A stretch of 63,970 bases of DNA, filler included, from Klebsormidium nitens (taxonomy: Eukaryota > Plantae > Klebsormidiophyceae): NCBI GenBank assembly GCA_000708835.1. It is 6 parts of 6 records of this genome, joined end to end, with 100 filler letters (N's around TTAATTAATTAA, not from the genome) between each part and the next. Parts side by side here need not be neighbours in the genome. Positions count along the whole stretch, not along the records: positions 1 to 21,912 come from DF237801.1; 5 more parts are not named here. The stretch is one strand, 5' to 3'. Numbering within the stretch: the stretch's first letter is position 1; each line of letters starts with the position of its first letter. The position numbers and the translations under genes were made by a program. Below the pieces are notes generated by a model that had not been told where the DNA came from, ran no database searches, and saw nothing but the letters and a program-made list of their open reading frames with translations. Below are positions 1 to 13,500 of this stretch, piece after piece.

Positions 1-2095
1 CAACGGATCTCACGTGCATATACGGCGTCACATATGCTTTCAGCCTTGCTTGCTCACAAGTATATGCGTGGGCAAAGCTCAAGCGAGATCTTGCAGAATT
101 AACCAACCCTCGAGTAATTTGAGAGCCGCGATCTGATAGCAAGCCTGCAATTGCAGATCTTAGGGTGTTATGAAAGTCTGGGCCAGTTTTACAATTATAG
201 CCTTTGTAGCCCTAAGCGTTCGGTGCCCATACAATGCAAAAGAAGAACAACTTTCGATCTCAGGTACGACACGAGTCGATCAGGCCATGCAGACCATTGT
301 TGTGCACTCGGGATGCGTCATGCCATCATGTATTCTTCAATGGAGTTATTTAGGTAGTTGGACATAAGATGATGGCCCCCCAGACTGCCCGGGTCAGACC
401 CGTCGATTACACTTGGGTCCGTACCGGCTCCAAGTGGGCTTTCGACCCTGGTTCGAGCCATTGTGGACATACCCACCACTTTGCGTCCCGGGGGGTCTAA
501 CATGGCAGGCTGTGAGTGGCTCATTTTTTCATCCGAACTTCATTTGCCTTCCTGAAGGTAGCATTGAATTTAATTTTGAGCACGAACGAGACCGGGAGAC
601 GTATGTAGACTCTAGAGCGTAGCTGTGAGGCGCGGCGTCAATGATCAACAGACCTGTACAGTAGCCAGCTAAAACTTAAAAGATCAGGCGCCATTGCAGT
701 TGTCCCTCCGGCCCAACCCCTCCTATCCCACACACGGTTGATGCTCGTCTTGAAGGACAGCCACATTGAGTGATTTTTTGCTGCATAATCTCGACAGAAA
801 AGGGTTGCCCGGCTGCTTCTGGCGGGCTTCTTGTATTCTGACACGCAGCCGCCTATGCTGGTTGCTTGTGGTTGATGCGCAGCCATGCTGCTCGCTCGGG
901 GGTTGTGCAAGGCGGTTGGAGGGAAGTGTTGTGCACCGCTAAGGGTAAGAACGTCATGAGAGCATCAGGAGGTCGCACTAAACTTGTTTGCAACGCTGAC
1001 TACGAGATTGCTCTGGGGGCTCCAGCAGATTTTTACATTGAATGGGATATCTTGCAAACGATCTTTGTAATCTCCGGGGCGTTTGAAGATCAGCTGTTCT
1101 GTGAGAATGAGTTGTTGTTCTACTCCGACTTTCTTTTCAGCAGAACATTGGCTGACCTCCCTTTTAAGCGGTATGTGGGGCACCCTTTTCTTCATGTCTT
1201 TGAAGATCCTCGAAGCGCTGGTCTATTGCAGCACACTTCTGCTGTAGATTGCATTCAAGCAGATAGAAATTGATGCAGGTGGTTGAGGCCCTTGGACTGC
1301 TCAGCTCCGCTTCTTCGTCCACGGCCCCACATCAGTTGGTGGCACACGTGACGACAGAGGCCACCGCAACTGCTGCCGAAATTAGACCAAGTAGCGGGGT
1401 CCTGGTTGAGAGGCTGCAGAGGAGCTTAGCGAGCCTTGAGGAGGCAAAGCAGGCGATATCGCACAGGACTGCGTCATTTGGCCCATTTGGCACCAGCGTT
1501 TTGGATCCACTGGAGAAAGTGGAGACAAAGGTTCGAGGTGAGGAGTGTGCGGCGTGAAAACAGACAGCATATGCAAGTTTTTGGATTCGGCCGGAGCTTA
1601 TCCGGTGGGAGAATTTTGAGTTGCGAGTGTCACTCTTGCATTGACGATGTATCAAGCGTTCGTTCGGACCCGATATAGGACCTGCCTCCAAGCTGTGGAC
1701 CTTTTGTCAAGGTTCACATTGGTCACTGAGGAGCAGCACACGGCTTTCACAGTGCGGTCTTCGTCAAAGCCGGCAACTTTTCTTCACTCAATGGTGTTTA
1801 GTCGGAACTTTCTATCTGTTTCGGAGCCTCAACCATAGGAACCCGCTTTAATTGTTGAGAGTGCTTTCCTTTCTATATGATGGACCCCCAATTGGAGAAT
1901 GGGATACAGAAAAACCCCGGTTCCAGTGCCACTGACATGAGCAAAGGCCCTCTAGTCAGCCTCCAGTTTAACAATGAACGGTAGCCATCCTCCCCTGTGG
2001 TACAAGCAACTGTAATATTTTGTATCTTCTCCTCTGGTTGCGTGTCAAGAATTTCTGACGAGGTGCTCATTGTGTTGACCAGCACGTTCACTCAG

Positions 2096-4352
2096 GTGCT
2101 GCTGCGATGGTCCGATTGCACAGCACAGGTTTTTAAATGGGTCTTACACCTGTTTGTGCCAAGGCGCAGTTCAAGCATTCTCGTATTATGTGGCTCGCAG
2201 AGGTGTACAGAGATGTGGAGGTCCCAGTCACCAACTTCCAGGGGGAGGACAGGGGCACGGCAGTCCTGGGCGGTGACGTCTTCAACATACCCATCCGGGC
2301 GGACATAGTGCACAGAGTGGTGGTGTGGCAGCTGGCCAAGCGAAGACAGGTTGGTTCTAAATGATTGAAGAGTCATGCTCGATCCGAGTAGATCCAAGGA
2401 ACATGCAGACAGTTTTCCCTTGCACAAGTACTTTCCGCATCAGTCTGCATCAAAGTTTTTGGGCATCGCTAACAGATTCAGAAAGGTCCATCAAGTATCG
2501 GCGAACTTTGTTTGCATTGAAACTCTTGTTAGAGCCGGTTTCTGCTTCCAAACCCTGTGATGTCTAGTAAAGGATTACCAGCTCCCGTGGTAGGGCGCTT
2601 GGTGGGGAACCTGATTGCTTGGGCATACCGCCACGTATGAGACTAAACGTGTCGGTACTTCTCCACCAGGGCACATCCTCCACGAAAACCAGGTCGACTA
2701 TAAGCGGGACAGGCAAAAAACCGTACAAGCAAAAGGGTCTCGGAAGGGCACGGCATGGAGATCTGAGGGGCCCGCAGGTGAGCCGTTATTACCAGCATGC
2801 TGTCTCCTTTTGCGCCGGGATACTTGACTGGGATTGATTTTTATCTTCCTGGTCTTACGAAGCAGAATGTTTATGGTCTCAAAGCCCTCATGTGATCGAG
2901 AAAAGGTTTTGTTGTCCTCACGTGCGTTGCAGTCTACTTTTTATGAGAACACAAGCGCTGCAACCATGCTTCGAGCACACTTCTGAACGGTCTGTTTTTG
3001 ATGGCAGTTTCGAGGGGGAGCGATTGCGCATGGCCCACAGCCTCGTGACTGGGAGCACAAGCTGAACAAAAAGGTCCGCCGATTGGGGCTCAAGGCTGCA
3101 CTCTCCGCTCGATTGGCAGAGGGCCGGGTAAGAACACCCAGCGGGCCGTTAGCGTCCACAATCTGCTCCTTCCTGGCTGCTGGCACCTGCTGTTGTTAGC
3201 TGCCTGAATCGAGGCAGCCGCTTGAGTTATGACGGAGCCGGGAACGCTTGTTCGTTGCTTTTCTGGGCTTGACTTTCAATGCCCAACTAAATTCGAAGGA
3301 GACGGCTTCTACGACCGTCAACTGTGACACGGACTGCGCCAGCCAGCTTCACAAAGTCGAGGCCGGAACGACGACACAATTCTGTCAGGAGACGCAGATG
3401 GCTTTCATCTTGCAAGCTTTGAGCAGATAGCTCGCATTTGCTCATCGGTCCCTGTGACGTCGCTCCCTCATCAATTCCCGTGACGGTCGCTGACACACCA
3501 GAGTCTCGGTCCTGCCTGCAGTTGCTGGTGTTCGACAGCGTGACCCCCGCCTCGCACAAGACCAAGGACTTTGTGCAGTCGGTGGAGTCGCTGGACGGCT
3601 CCAAGAAGGTGCTCGTTGTGGACGGGCGGACCGTGGTCAACCCCGTGCTGCAGCTCGCGAGCGGGAACCTGCCCAACGTGCACCTGCTGCCCTGGCAGGT
3701 AAGACCGCGCCTGCTGTCTTTGCCCCACGTTGCCTACGTACAGACTGGACACAATGAGTCAGGATATGTGTGACTTGTGTCACATCGAGTACCGGCTCAC
3801 CTTGACTGCGTAGCGCTGCCCTTATGCTCAATAACCTCTTGTTGTCAGACCGTTGCATGATTCAATTTATATGCTTCTGTCTTACCTCAGCAAATAATAC
3901 TTCGAGAGTCGGAAATTGACCAGATCTGCATACGAGGCACGTTGCTATGGGAAAGCTGGTTGACAAGATCTGGACTGTGGTCAATCAGAGCTGCGCTCGG
4001 GAGAGCTTTGCATGCTTGAGGTCATAACGACTTGGGTGCGTCGGTGACCCAACCTGGCAGTTCTCAGGGAGTTGCTCCATGAGTAGCCTCCGCATACGTC
4101 CGGCTGATATTCCAGAAGAGGAACTCAGAATTCTTTTCAGTTACCCTACTATACAAGGTGCGTAATTACATTCCCTGCTGCAGGGTTGAATTTATCTCTT
4201 CTTTGTCGGCAGCTTAGAAATCAACCTCATGAATCTTGCGTATTCTGCAGGGTCTCAATGTATATAGCATCCTCCAGCACGACCTCCTGATTCTGCATAT
4301 TGACGCAGTCCGAAGACTAGAAGCTCGCCTTCGTACACCTATTAATAGGTAG
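2096..4352 (+). CDS. RPL4: Mitochondrial 50S ribosomal protein L4 (uL4m), multi-exon; 5'-most exon(s) not resolved
   Basis: GT-AG exons 2096-2128, 2201-2349, 2670-2777, 3008-3127, 3522-3698, 4251-4352 splice to ...[16 protein letters not shown]|[36 protein letters not shown]|[35 protein letters not shown]...[11 protein letters not shown]...RTPINR*. These are classic L4 motifs, and the TPINR C-terminus is typical of plant mitochondrial L4. Confidence 0.9.
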
Positions 4353-5824
4353 CTAGAGGCACTGGAAGCGTTTGCTCGACGGAGGTGGGTGACCCCTGCG
4401 ACGAGGTTGAGGATTGTGGGCTGCAACGGAATGTTCAACATCAAGCCATAAAGAGACTCTGAGAGTCGAACGCGTCCTACAAAGTCTTAACGAGTTTATG
4501 CGCACTCAAGATGGTATTTCTGGGCTTCTTTAAGCTTAGAAGTGGGCACATATGTTTGCATGCTGACAATAAGAGACATGACATGGTGTTGTCTGATAGT
4601 CCATACTAGAAATGTAGCAGATCATGATGCTTGCAGATTCAAGAAAGTTGCGAACGTCACGAACTCTGTATGGCTATAATTCTTGCCCAACCGTGCTCAA
4701 ACGTGCATGTGCATATATTGCCATATGCTTGATAGCTTTTGCATGAACTTTGTTGGTCCGTTGATATGCGCATAGCAGTTGCAGATTGGAGTTGTCTTTA
4801 CGCCATGCAGGGTCACCCTTTCCACAGCACCGTCGATCCCAACGTACAGTCAGCCTTCTCGCGGAATCTGCTGTATCATGCATCACGTGGAGCAACGTAC
4901 GTGGCAGAGCCTGAGCATGATGCCAGGCGGCACGAGCTGGATCAGATTCATCAATGATCATTGCGCATTAGTGGGCGCGCATGCACGTATAATGACATTT
5001 CAGCATGCAGGCGCCGGACGTCACCGTCACATCTACACGATCGGATCCAGCTGGTATGTTTGTAGTCTGTCGCTAAGTATCATGCAAATGCTAGAGCTAG
5101 AATGCTGAGCGTCGGATCCGGCGCGGCGATCTTATGCTAGGCACATTCAATCCGTAACTTGCTATCCCATCGATCATGCGACTGGCTCATGCAGCAAACC
5201 AAGCGTTTCATGACAGAAAAACTCAGTGATCGCGTGGGCACCCACTGGCTTTCTTACATTAAGCGGCAAAGAGTACGCGGATCAGAATGGGTACGCGTAC
5301 TGAGAAGTTTTGAGCATTCAATCTCAAAATCAATGAATCCTACTGCTATGCTACAGCTCAATACATGCTCAGGCAACCGTTGTTATATCTCGCTAGCTAA
5401 AAAGAATATGCGTCCTGAACTAGACGGTGTGTATTAACGGATAGCTAATGTGACGGACTTACGTAAACGGCTAGTGTTTAGAAGCTGTACTGACAGTTTT
5501 GCGGTCCTAATGTACGTGCGTGCGCATGTCGCTGGAATTGATCTTGCTTGTGCCCTGGTCGCGTGCACGAGTGACAGTCCTCGATAGCAAACCCCAACCA
5601 GCCAATTTGGCTGCATCCACTCACTGATCTCTCCCCCATCGCAGTGCTCTACTTAAGGCTCTCAGAAACACAGGAAACTGGGTTCCATCTCCAGACAATT
5701 CTAACAAAACTGGATCCACCATTCTTTACAGCTTTTACACACATCGTTAAGCTCAGAAGCTCGCGCTGTGTCCTATTGATCTCTCGGTACGAAGCAGCCA
5801 CTTTCGGCCGCCTTCTCCCAACCC

Positions 5825-8610
5825 TCACGCCAGCAACTCGGGCTCCCGTACGACGACCACCCCCCGCGCCTTCAACGCGCGCTCCCGGTCCCGCGGGTAC
5901 GTCCAGTAGAGCCACGTGTAGCACAGCGCGCAAAGCGCGGCGGGCAAGTTGATGTTCCACGCGAGCGCCATGCCGAGCGAGTCGGCGTCCTTGGGGTTGC
6001 GGTGGTCGCCCATGTCGTGCAGGTCGAAGCCGAAGATGTGCTCCGCCACGTAGCCCACGCCGAAGGGGCCGAACGACGCGAGCAGCAGCTCCAGCAGGCG
6101 GTCCACCGCGTACACCGTCGTGCGCAGCTGCGGCGGGACCACCTCGCTGAAGATCGGGTTGTTGGTGGACGCGCTGCGCAGACAGACAAGAGAGACGTTA
6201 GTCGAGAAAAGTTACCTTTGTCAGAGCGAGGGCCGGCTGGGATCGGGCTAAAGACAGGCGTTGGATCAGATAGGTCCTACCGCATCCTGGCCCCTTGTTT
6301 GCCGGTGGGCCTTGAGGCTTCCGTCCGAACCTTAGAAAGGAGTGGAGCCGTGACAAACGAACTTCGACGGCTACTGCGCAGGAGCAGTCGGGTCATGAAA
6401 GAGATTCTCCAGCAGAAAGAAATCGGTGTGCAGCTCTCGCGCTCACCCCGGCCACGAGATGAACAGCCCGCCAACGAAGAGCGTGATTGCGTAGGAGACG
6501 AAGTAGTCGGGGTCGTTGGGCAGGCCCAGCAGGACGGCGGAGAAGACGGGCAGCATCATGGTTGCGCTGAACTGCGCGCACATGACGCGCCCCGTGTTGG
6601 GCAGGCGCGCGGCCGCGAAGTCGCCGATCCAGCCGCCGAAGAAGCCGGAGATGGAGACGCTGACGTTGAAGCAGGCGACCAGGACGGCGGCCTCACTGTG
6701 CGTGAAGCCGATGAGCTCGAGCCACATAGTGAGGAACACGAGGGCGGTCTGCGGAACGGCGGAAAGGGCAGGAGCTCAGCTGGATGAGCCGTTTGTGGGG
6801 GGACGAAAAGCAGCGGCGGAAATCATCGAGACGTTGGAAGGAAAGGCAAATCAAGGGGCTCAATTTTACGCTGAGTGCTTCAGAGTTGATTCAAACGCAC
6901 GAGTCACTGTTAGAAACGGAGCTTTACGGACGCGCTCAGAACATGCTTTTGATAATCAGCACAGGAGAGCTTCTGCTCAGTGGGCTGCAAGCTACCTCCC
7001 TTTGTATGTTAAGTGAGCAATGAGAACGAAAGAGTTTGCAGTGTGCTTACCCAGGGCCAGCAACCCACAACCCCCTGGAGAATGATGGCTTGGAAAGATT
7101 CGATCCTGCGGTGGAAAAGACGGGTATCAATAAAAACGTTCAGGAATGGCACACGTGGTGGGAGCCAGACGGCCTCTGCAGTCGCTTTCCAATCGCGTCA
7201 GCTTGATCTAAGACCGAGGCAGCAATGTACCCTACAATAGTTGCATTGAAGAACTTGCTACATCCGGTTTTACACCCTTGATTCGTTCCCTGAGCTTTCT
7301 CATTGCCAGGCTCACATGTTGCGCCACCTCCATATCTTGGAGGAGACAAGCGGGTACTTTCAACGGGTCCCACGTCGATTGCAAGTCTCCTTCGAATCAT
7401 CTCGAGATTAAAATGAAGGCGGCTTTATCATACTTAAAGCTACTCAGCTGCCAAGCACCCCTCCTGATCTACTGAAGAGACACCTTCATGACTTACTTGA
7501 GAATGGTGGTCACATCGTTCTTCAGTTTCACGAGCTTCGAGACCGGTTCAACTACGGCTGCGTCTACTAGGGGCTCGTACAGACTCTCTTCAGCCCCTTC
7601 GTCGGTTGCATCAACAGCAAAGAGATACACACTGCGAAACAGGGGGATCGTTATGAATAAAAATGTGTGTTCTTAGCAAGCAGGGTTGTTCTGAGCAAGG
7701 TAGTCAACTCCACGATCATAGGAACCAATGGCAGGTCAGTCTAGTAGACGTGGGGGTGCTGTGATCCAAACAGCTGTTGTCTCTCTGTGCTGGGTGTCAG
7801 AGTCAGATCTATCTGCTTGCAAGGGATAAAGGAATCTTCGAGCACGAGATGCCTTTGGGAAAAGAACCCTTTCTGGAGTTGCTCTGCCCTAAAGCCAAAG
7901 ACTTGACGCAACGGTATTTCTGGCTCCTGTTTGCTCTATAGCATACAATGGCGCTCTACTTCTGAGCTTGGCACCGCAGGGGAAAAGTTGCAGATATCAG
8001 CTGGCTGGGATGCTGTGGGTAAACTTTCTCACCAGAAGCCAATGAGGCATCCCTGCAGAGCAAGTATGCATCCTGCACTGCGCCAGCCGGGGTACCCGTA
8101 AAACGTTCCGCCAGCCATTGTCGTAGCAAAGAAGCTCCCTGCGGACTTCCCTAGACCCCAGCATATAGACAAAACTCCAAATGCCAACCCCCTCTCTTTC
8201 TGCGGTACTGCATCCGCTATGAAGGACGAGATAGCTGGCATGACTAGCGCTAGAGATATTGAGTTGATCACCCAGCACCATACAAGGAGGTCTAGAGAGA
8301 AAGACAAGCCAACGCCCGCCAGAGTGACCGCGCTCAAAACCGTACCCAATGCGATTAAGCGAGGCCTGCTCATATGCATCACCAGGTATGCTGCTAGGAT
8401 CGAAGATAGAGCGCTGACTACATATCTCTTGCCCTGGATCTGTCCCAATCCGGACGGTGTCTGTGCAAAGGTTCTGGCGACCTCTGAGAAAACGGAGGGA
8501 AGCAAATAGTCTGCTGCCGCATGGAATGCTGTACAAAAGTACAGAAGGAGCAGCGTGCCGGCAAGCTTATGCGGCTTCAACAAAGCCTTGGAGAGGGATG
8601 AGAAACCCAT
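5825..8610 (-). CDS. Major facilitator superfamily transporter (plant UNE2/Spinster-like), multi-exon
   Basis: Hydrophobic exons: 8029-8610 ORF (YLLPSVFSEV..., SFIADAVPQKERGLAFG), ~7050-7110 (SFQAIILQGVVGCWPW), ~6443-6765 (TMWLELIGF..GGWIGD..RLPNTGR) and ~5825-6178 (TNNPIFSEVVP..TVYAVDR..LYWTYPRDR). They match the motif order of plant UNE2-like MFS proteins. Confidence 0.88.
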
Positions 8611-9785
8611 CTTAACCCGTCTGATCCTCCAAGCCGCAGCTTCAACTTTGACCGTTACCTGCTGCTAAGCAGCAAACAAAAACCCTTGGGACGAATAGCA
8701 TTTGCTGCTAATTGAGTCAAATGCTGCCCAACCGGATCAACTGAATGGCAACTCAATTCAGCGGCCTGGGGACTTGCTCAAGAAACCATGTGCTGCAAGC
8801 TCCTGCAAAGTTGCCAAGGACAGAACACCCTCTCGTGGTATAAAGGAAACCTCTTTTGCAAGGTTCTGTGACGAAGCTCGAAACTGCGTTCACCGCTGCA
8901 AGCCAGCAGCAGCCAGGAGGCAGGACGATCTGGCGATCTGTCAGGGTAGCTGGCTTCTGCCTCCACGAAGGATGACTGCCCAAGGTAGCATACTCTGGTG
9001 AGTGAGCATGCTCAGCTCTATTGAATGCTGGATTATTGTCGTCACAAGCGGAGTTCACTGCTACGAGCGGATGCAGATCAAGCGAGTATGCTTGTTCATA
9101 AGGGCCGAAGTGCGCTGCAGGGAATCATTGCGGGCCGCCTATGACGCGGCTTTTGCCAACGCGGGGATATTCACGTGTTTGACCGACCGTTGATCCTTGA
9201 TTGATCCAACATTGGCTCCTGCACCTGCTGATTCCTGTGCAACGTCCGTCCAGATTGCCCATGCAGGCTCGAACTCGTGCATGGCCGGCCCTCCCTAGCC
9301 TACTGTAGCAGCACTGATCTACCTTATACCTAGTAGTGTGATCACCACGCAGTACCGTGGTATCTACGAAGTATCACATACTCAAGATCGCTGCACGAGA
9401 TTGCGTGAGACATATTGAACTTGGAAGGTGTCGATTTTGATTCAACGCAACTACTGTACTAGCTGCATTGATCCGCAGTACCTTGCCGCGCACCTCTCGA
9501 GTGACAGAATTGTAGCTGTGTGACGGGAGCTGTGCTTGACACACTTGATCAAAGTTTTGATCTCATTGGATGGGGTACTCGGCACAGTGCACCGTGTACT
9601 ATCGAGCTGCAGCTCAGCAAGTGCAGGCCAAGTTTCTGGGCCACTAGTGTGGGGCCAGTACACGGTGGGCCAAGATTTATCAAGACCGTTATGCGCGCAC
9701 TCATTTGGAAGGATATCTGGCTTGAAAGTGGTTAGGATCGAACGGTTGCGATTGCGACAATATATATCACAAGTCCCGCAAATGT

Positions 9786-9793
9786 AAACCCTA
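9786..9793 (+). promoter_or_regulatory. Possible telo-box (AAACCCTA) in the divergent MFS / DNA polymerase intergenic region
   Basis: Exact AAACCCTA next to a GC-rich tract upstream of the polymerase ORF. An 8-mer can occur by chance. Confidence 0.3.
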
Positions 9794-9942
9794 GATGGGG
9801 GCTGTGCGCGGCCGCGCCGGTTCGAAGTCGCGGCCGGCCGGCCGCTCTTCCACGGCAGAACGTGACGGTCACTAGCTGAGCTGAGCCGGCCTGGCTAGCT
9901 GAGCTCTGCATGTGAGACAGTGAGTGTGTCCGTCGCTCGGCC

Positions 9943-9990
9943 AGGAGTCCTAATCTTACTAAGATTAGGACTCCTAAGATTAGGACTCCT
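9943..9990. repeat. Perfect 16-bp-arm hairpin followed by a direct copy of one arm
   Basis: AGGAGTCCTAATCTTA-C-TAAGATTAGGACTCCT (9943-9975), then TAAGATTAGGACTCCT again (9975-9990). Confidence 0.85.
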
Positions 9991-10565
9991 TCTTAGATGG
10001 AAGTAGAAAATCAACCATGCGCAGTCCTTAGAAGACATGAAGAATGCTTGATTCCCGCATGATTCTGAATTGAGAGTACTGACACGAGTTTGATAAATAA
10101 TTCTTATATGAGCAATTGTGGGAGAGCTGATCAGTGCAGCATGCTATGGCAGTAGACCAAGCAGTGAGAGCACTCTTGACAAGTGCTTGGAGGCAGGCAG
10201 CTTGCAGAAACGATTGCATCATTATGCAAGGCAGTTCACGGATTGTATAAACGTAAAAACGTACAGTCAGTGCGCAACCATAACATTCGCACCTGAGGCA
10301 AATGCCAAACTCAGATTGGCTGTCTAGGTCCGGTATGCTCCCTGTTCGCCTGACAAAATGGCCGGACTGTTCGCCTGTACGTGACACCCTAATGGACTGG
10401 CTGTCCTGTGACTCGGGGCTTGGAGAAGTTGTAACCGCAGAAGCTGATTAGTTCCACAAGCGTAAGAATACAACCTACCATGACAGAAAAACACATTTGA
10501 AGCTGCATTGAAGCCGCTTGGTTGTGCGGAACGGAGAGAATCAAGCGTGAAGCATCTGCCACACA

Positions 10566-13500
10566 ATGCCTTCGACCATCCGCTTGTTCGGGGTCGATAT
10601 CAGTCCATCGGTCACACTCTCAATTGGCTTCAATCAAGAAGTTGAACCGCCATCGGTTGCAACAGGTTGCGACAAAATGCATCCACAACTCTTGCCTTTC
10701 AACATGGCTTATGGACCTCTGGAAGAAGAAGATGCACCATTTCAAGGAGAAGCCGAGGAACCGTCTGGCAGAAACAAAGTGATGCTTTTTGGTGTCGACC
10801 TCGCAAGCAGCGCCCTTGAGCAGTCTGCAGAAACCACAGGCCATGACCTCAATACTCAAACCGCAAGCACAAACCCCCATATCAAGGATTCATTGTGTCT
10901 CCATGAGCACAATGAGCAAGCGGAATTCTGCCTTCAGCAGCACATCGATTTGGGCGCTGAGAATGAACTCGAAAGATCGGTGCAATCAACGGTCACATCT
11001 TGCAGACAGGATCTGGACGACAGCCGGCTAGAAATCCTAGTTCCAGATGGGAGAGGCTCGGTCAAACCGCTCGAAACAGTGATGACGTGCGATCTAGCAC
11101 CCCAAAAATGCGAGAAAAATGGAAGGAAGTTCTCTGGCAAACGGAAACTGAAGCAGACTCTGATCTTCAGAGAAACGTTTCCTCGAAGGGGATTCCAAAA
11201 AGACAGGAAAACTCAAACTTCAGCTTCCTCGAAGAAGCAAAGGCTTCCAGAAACAGAGTACAATCCAAAGGGCTCACAAGCATCGCCAGATCCTCCCCGG
11301 CTCACTGAGACCATAAACAGCAGCAGAGTAACGGTCGTCAATTTGAGCGCAGTTTCTCAAAGGGACCGCTGGTGGCTGCGGGTGAAGCAAGTCTTGGATT
11401 CACCCGGCACAACGATTGTGTTTGGACTACGTCTCCGTGAAAATACAGGAACGGCGGATTATTCAAGCTTGCGGAAGCTGAATCCTTCTCAGCGGAAGAT
11501 TGTGCTCAAGCAGGTCAGCCTAAACATTTATTCTGCTATTTCTTCAAGTAGTAAACTGACGATGCACGTTGAAAGGGAATCCGAGTCTTAGAACTCTTCG
11601 TAGGTTCCCTCGGTCAGAGTAGATTCCAATGCCGTCTCCTTTCGTCGACTGCTTGTCCGTCGGCAATCATGCTGGTTCGTGTTTTGCAGAGACGTGCGGT
11701 ATCCAAGATCACCGAAACAGAGAATGAACGAACTACGAATTTGGAAGATTCAATGGACAAGCTTGTTGGCGTTGGTTTCATCCTTTCTTTCCCTTCGGAA
11801 GTGGACTTCGAGCCTGAACAGCTGCAACTCTGCGACCAGCTGTTCTACGTAGATTTCGACGAAGAGAGCTCTTCAACTGGTGATCTGATGGTTCGTCTCG
11901 AAGAGAGGTAGGTTGAAAAAGAACTGGAAAACTTTCTCACAAAGTCGTCCGCGTTCCTTGCAAGCTGATCTGTAGAGTCTTGATCCAGAGTGAGTCGATT
12001 GAGACCTAAGAACAGTCAAACTCGCCAATTGCACTTTTGAAATGCATTATTACGAGAATTATGGGACTGCATACCTGCAGGAAAGACATGTTGCGCGGAC
12101 TCATTGCCAACTCAAGTCGAAAGCTCTGCTTCAATCTCCCAGCTCTTGTCAAAAACTTCCTGAGACTCGGCATTCATGGTAAGCAGTTCTTTGACGACCA
12201 GCTTGAGCAACTGCAACAATTCGTATTTCACATAGATTCACGGGACTGCTGATCACGAGCTTCAAGACTTGAGGGAGCTCAGATATGCAAACGGATGACT
12301 CATCTCCCACTAGTCAGGGCTTGATGGTCAATCTATGCAAACGCCGAGGCTTCTGGATGTTTGCAATGTCCGCAACACTTGAACTATAGGTGATTGTGCT
12401 CCCATCCGATTTTGCAGTTTACGCGAGCATCTTCGAGTTTGCTGATCCGCAGGTAACAAATGAAAGGCCTTCTTACCTGCTACGTTTCTCAAAAAATTGC
12501 TCGTGCTGCTACATTCTCCTTCGGATTTACATCGATCTTGTGTGACAAGATACAAAGTTGCCGCGGTTAGTCAGGTTGAGCCTCACTTCGTTATTTTTGC
12601 GACCTGCAGATCATGGCTTGGTATCCTCATCCAGTGCAACCCCAACGATGAGTGCAAGTCCCAGGGATGATTGTGGAGTCTGCTCGGCTATCATTTCTCT
12701 ATAATTACATCAAGATATGGTGGCACGCCTTATTGGCGGACTGCATTCATGATCTCAGACCAAGCAAGTAAGAAACGTCCTTCGAATCTATATCGAGTCG
12801 AAAGATAATGCTTGGACAACCGAAACGGTTGATGTGCAGACACCCTTCTTCAACCCGCTTTTCCCTTGACCGTAGTCTCCAGGTTAATCCACTCCGAACT
12901 GGATTCATATGAGCTCAGCGACTTAACCTCGAAGAGCTTCCCAGTATTCCCTCTCCCTGAAGCTCCAGGCAACCCTCCTCCTGAAGCACATGACATTGCC
13001 GAGCAGCGCAACACTTCAGAAAGCCTTAAGCAGGACTTGGAAGCGAGCAAGACGTTGTTCGAAACGCTGCAAGTTCGAATGCAGGGACTCGAGGACGCCT
13101 TCAGGTCAGTTCTTCTCGGATATATCCGCGGTTGAATTTGTCTTCGACATCTGAAGTTAGTAAGCAGGGCATGTCCTGTGCAGAATCTAGCCGACTGTCT
13201 CAAAGCTGTGTTCCAGGCTGGTAGGACACAGACCTGGATGAAAATCTCTGACTTGCCGTTGACGGACGTCCTGCAGGCGCGAATTGAAACTGACCGTGAT
13301 CCTTGCGCATCTCGAGCTGGATGGTGTTGGTTTAGATGTAAGCTTATAGTCGAACTTGACTGATTGCTCTTAGATAATGGATCTGGATGCTTGAAAATAT
13401 CCTAGTGTGTTTCTTGCAAGCAGTTGTGGGCTGCTACCCGCCCGCAGTGAAATGATAAATTTGATAGAAAAGTTTTCTTTATCGAGTATACTGGCAGTTT

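Noticed and set aside
866-1557. ORFs upstream of RPL4 as separate genes or 5' exons
   Set aside because: No recognisable domain and no splice path to 2096 that I can support.
5109-5140. Hairpin plus CTAG resembling a Helitron 3' end (similar structure at 21831-21880)
   Set aside because: CTAG is not followed by T, no TC 5' end or RepHel ORF was found, and there is no second copy in the window.
6002-6787. Long plus-strand ORF (261 aa), and similar shadow ORFs at 18120-18974, 18149-19195, 26199-26687 and 32179-32871
   Set aside because: Antisense or alternate-frame shadows of GC-rich real exons (MFS, GT61, ferredoxin, pol).
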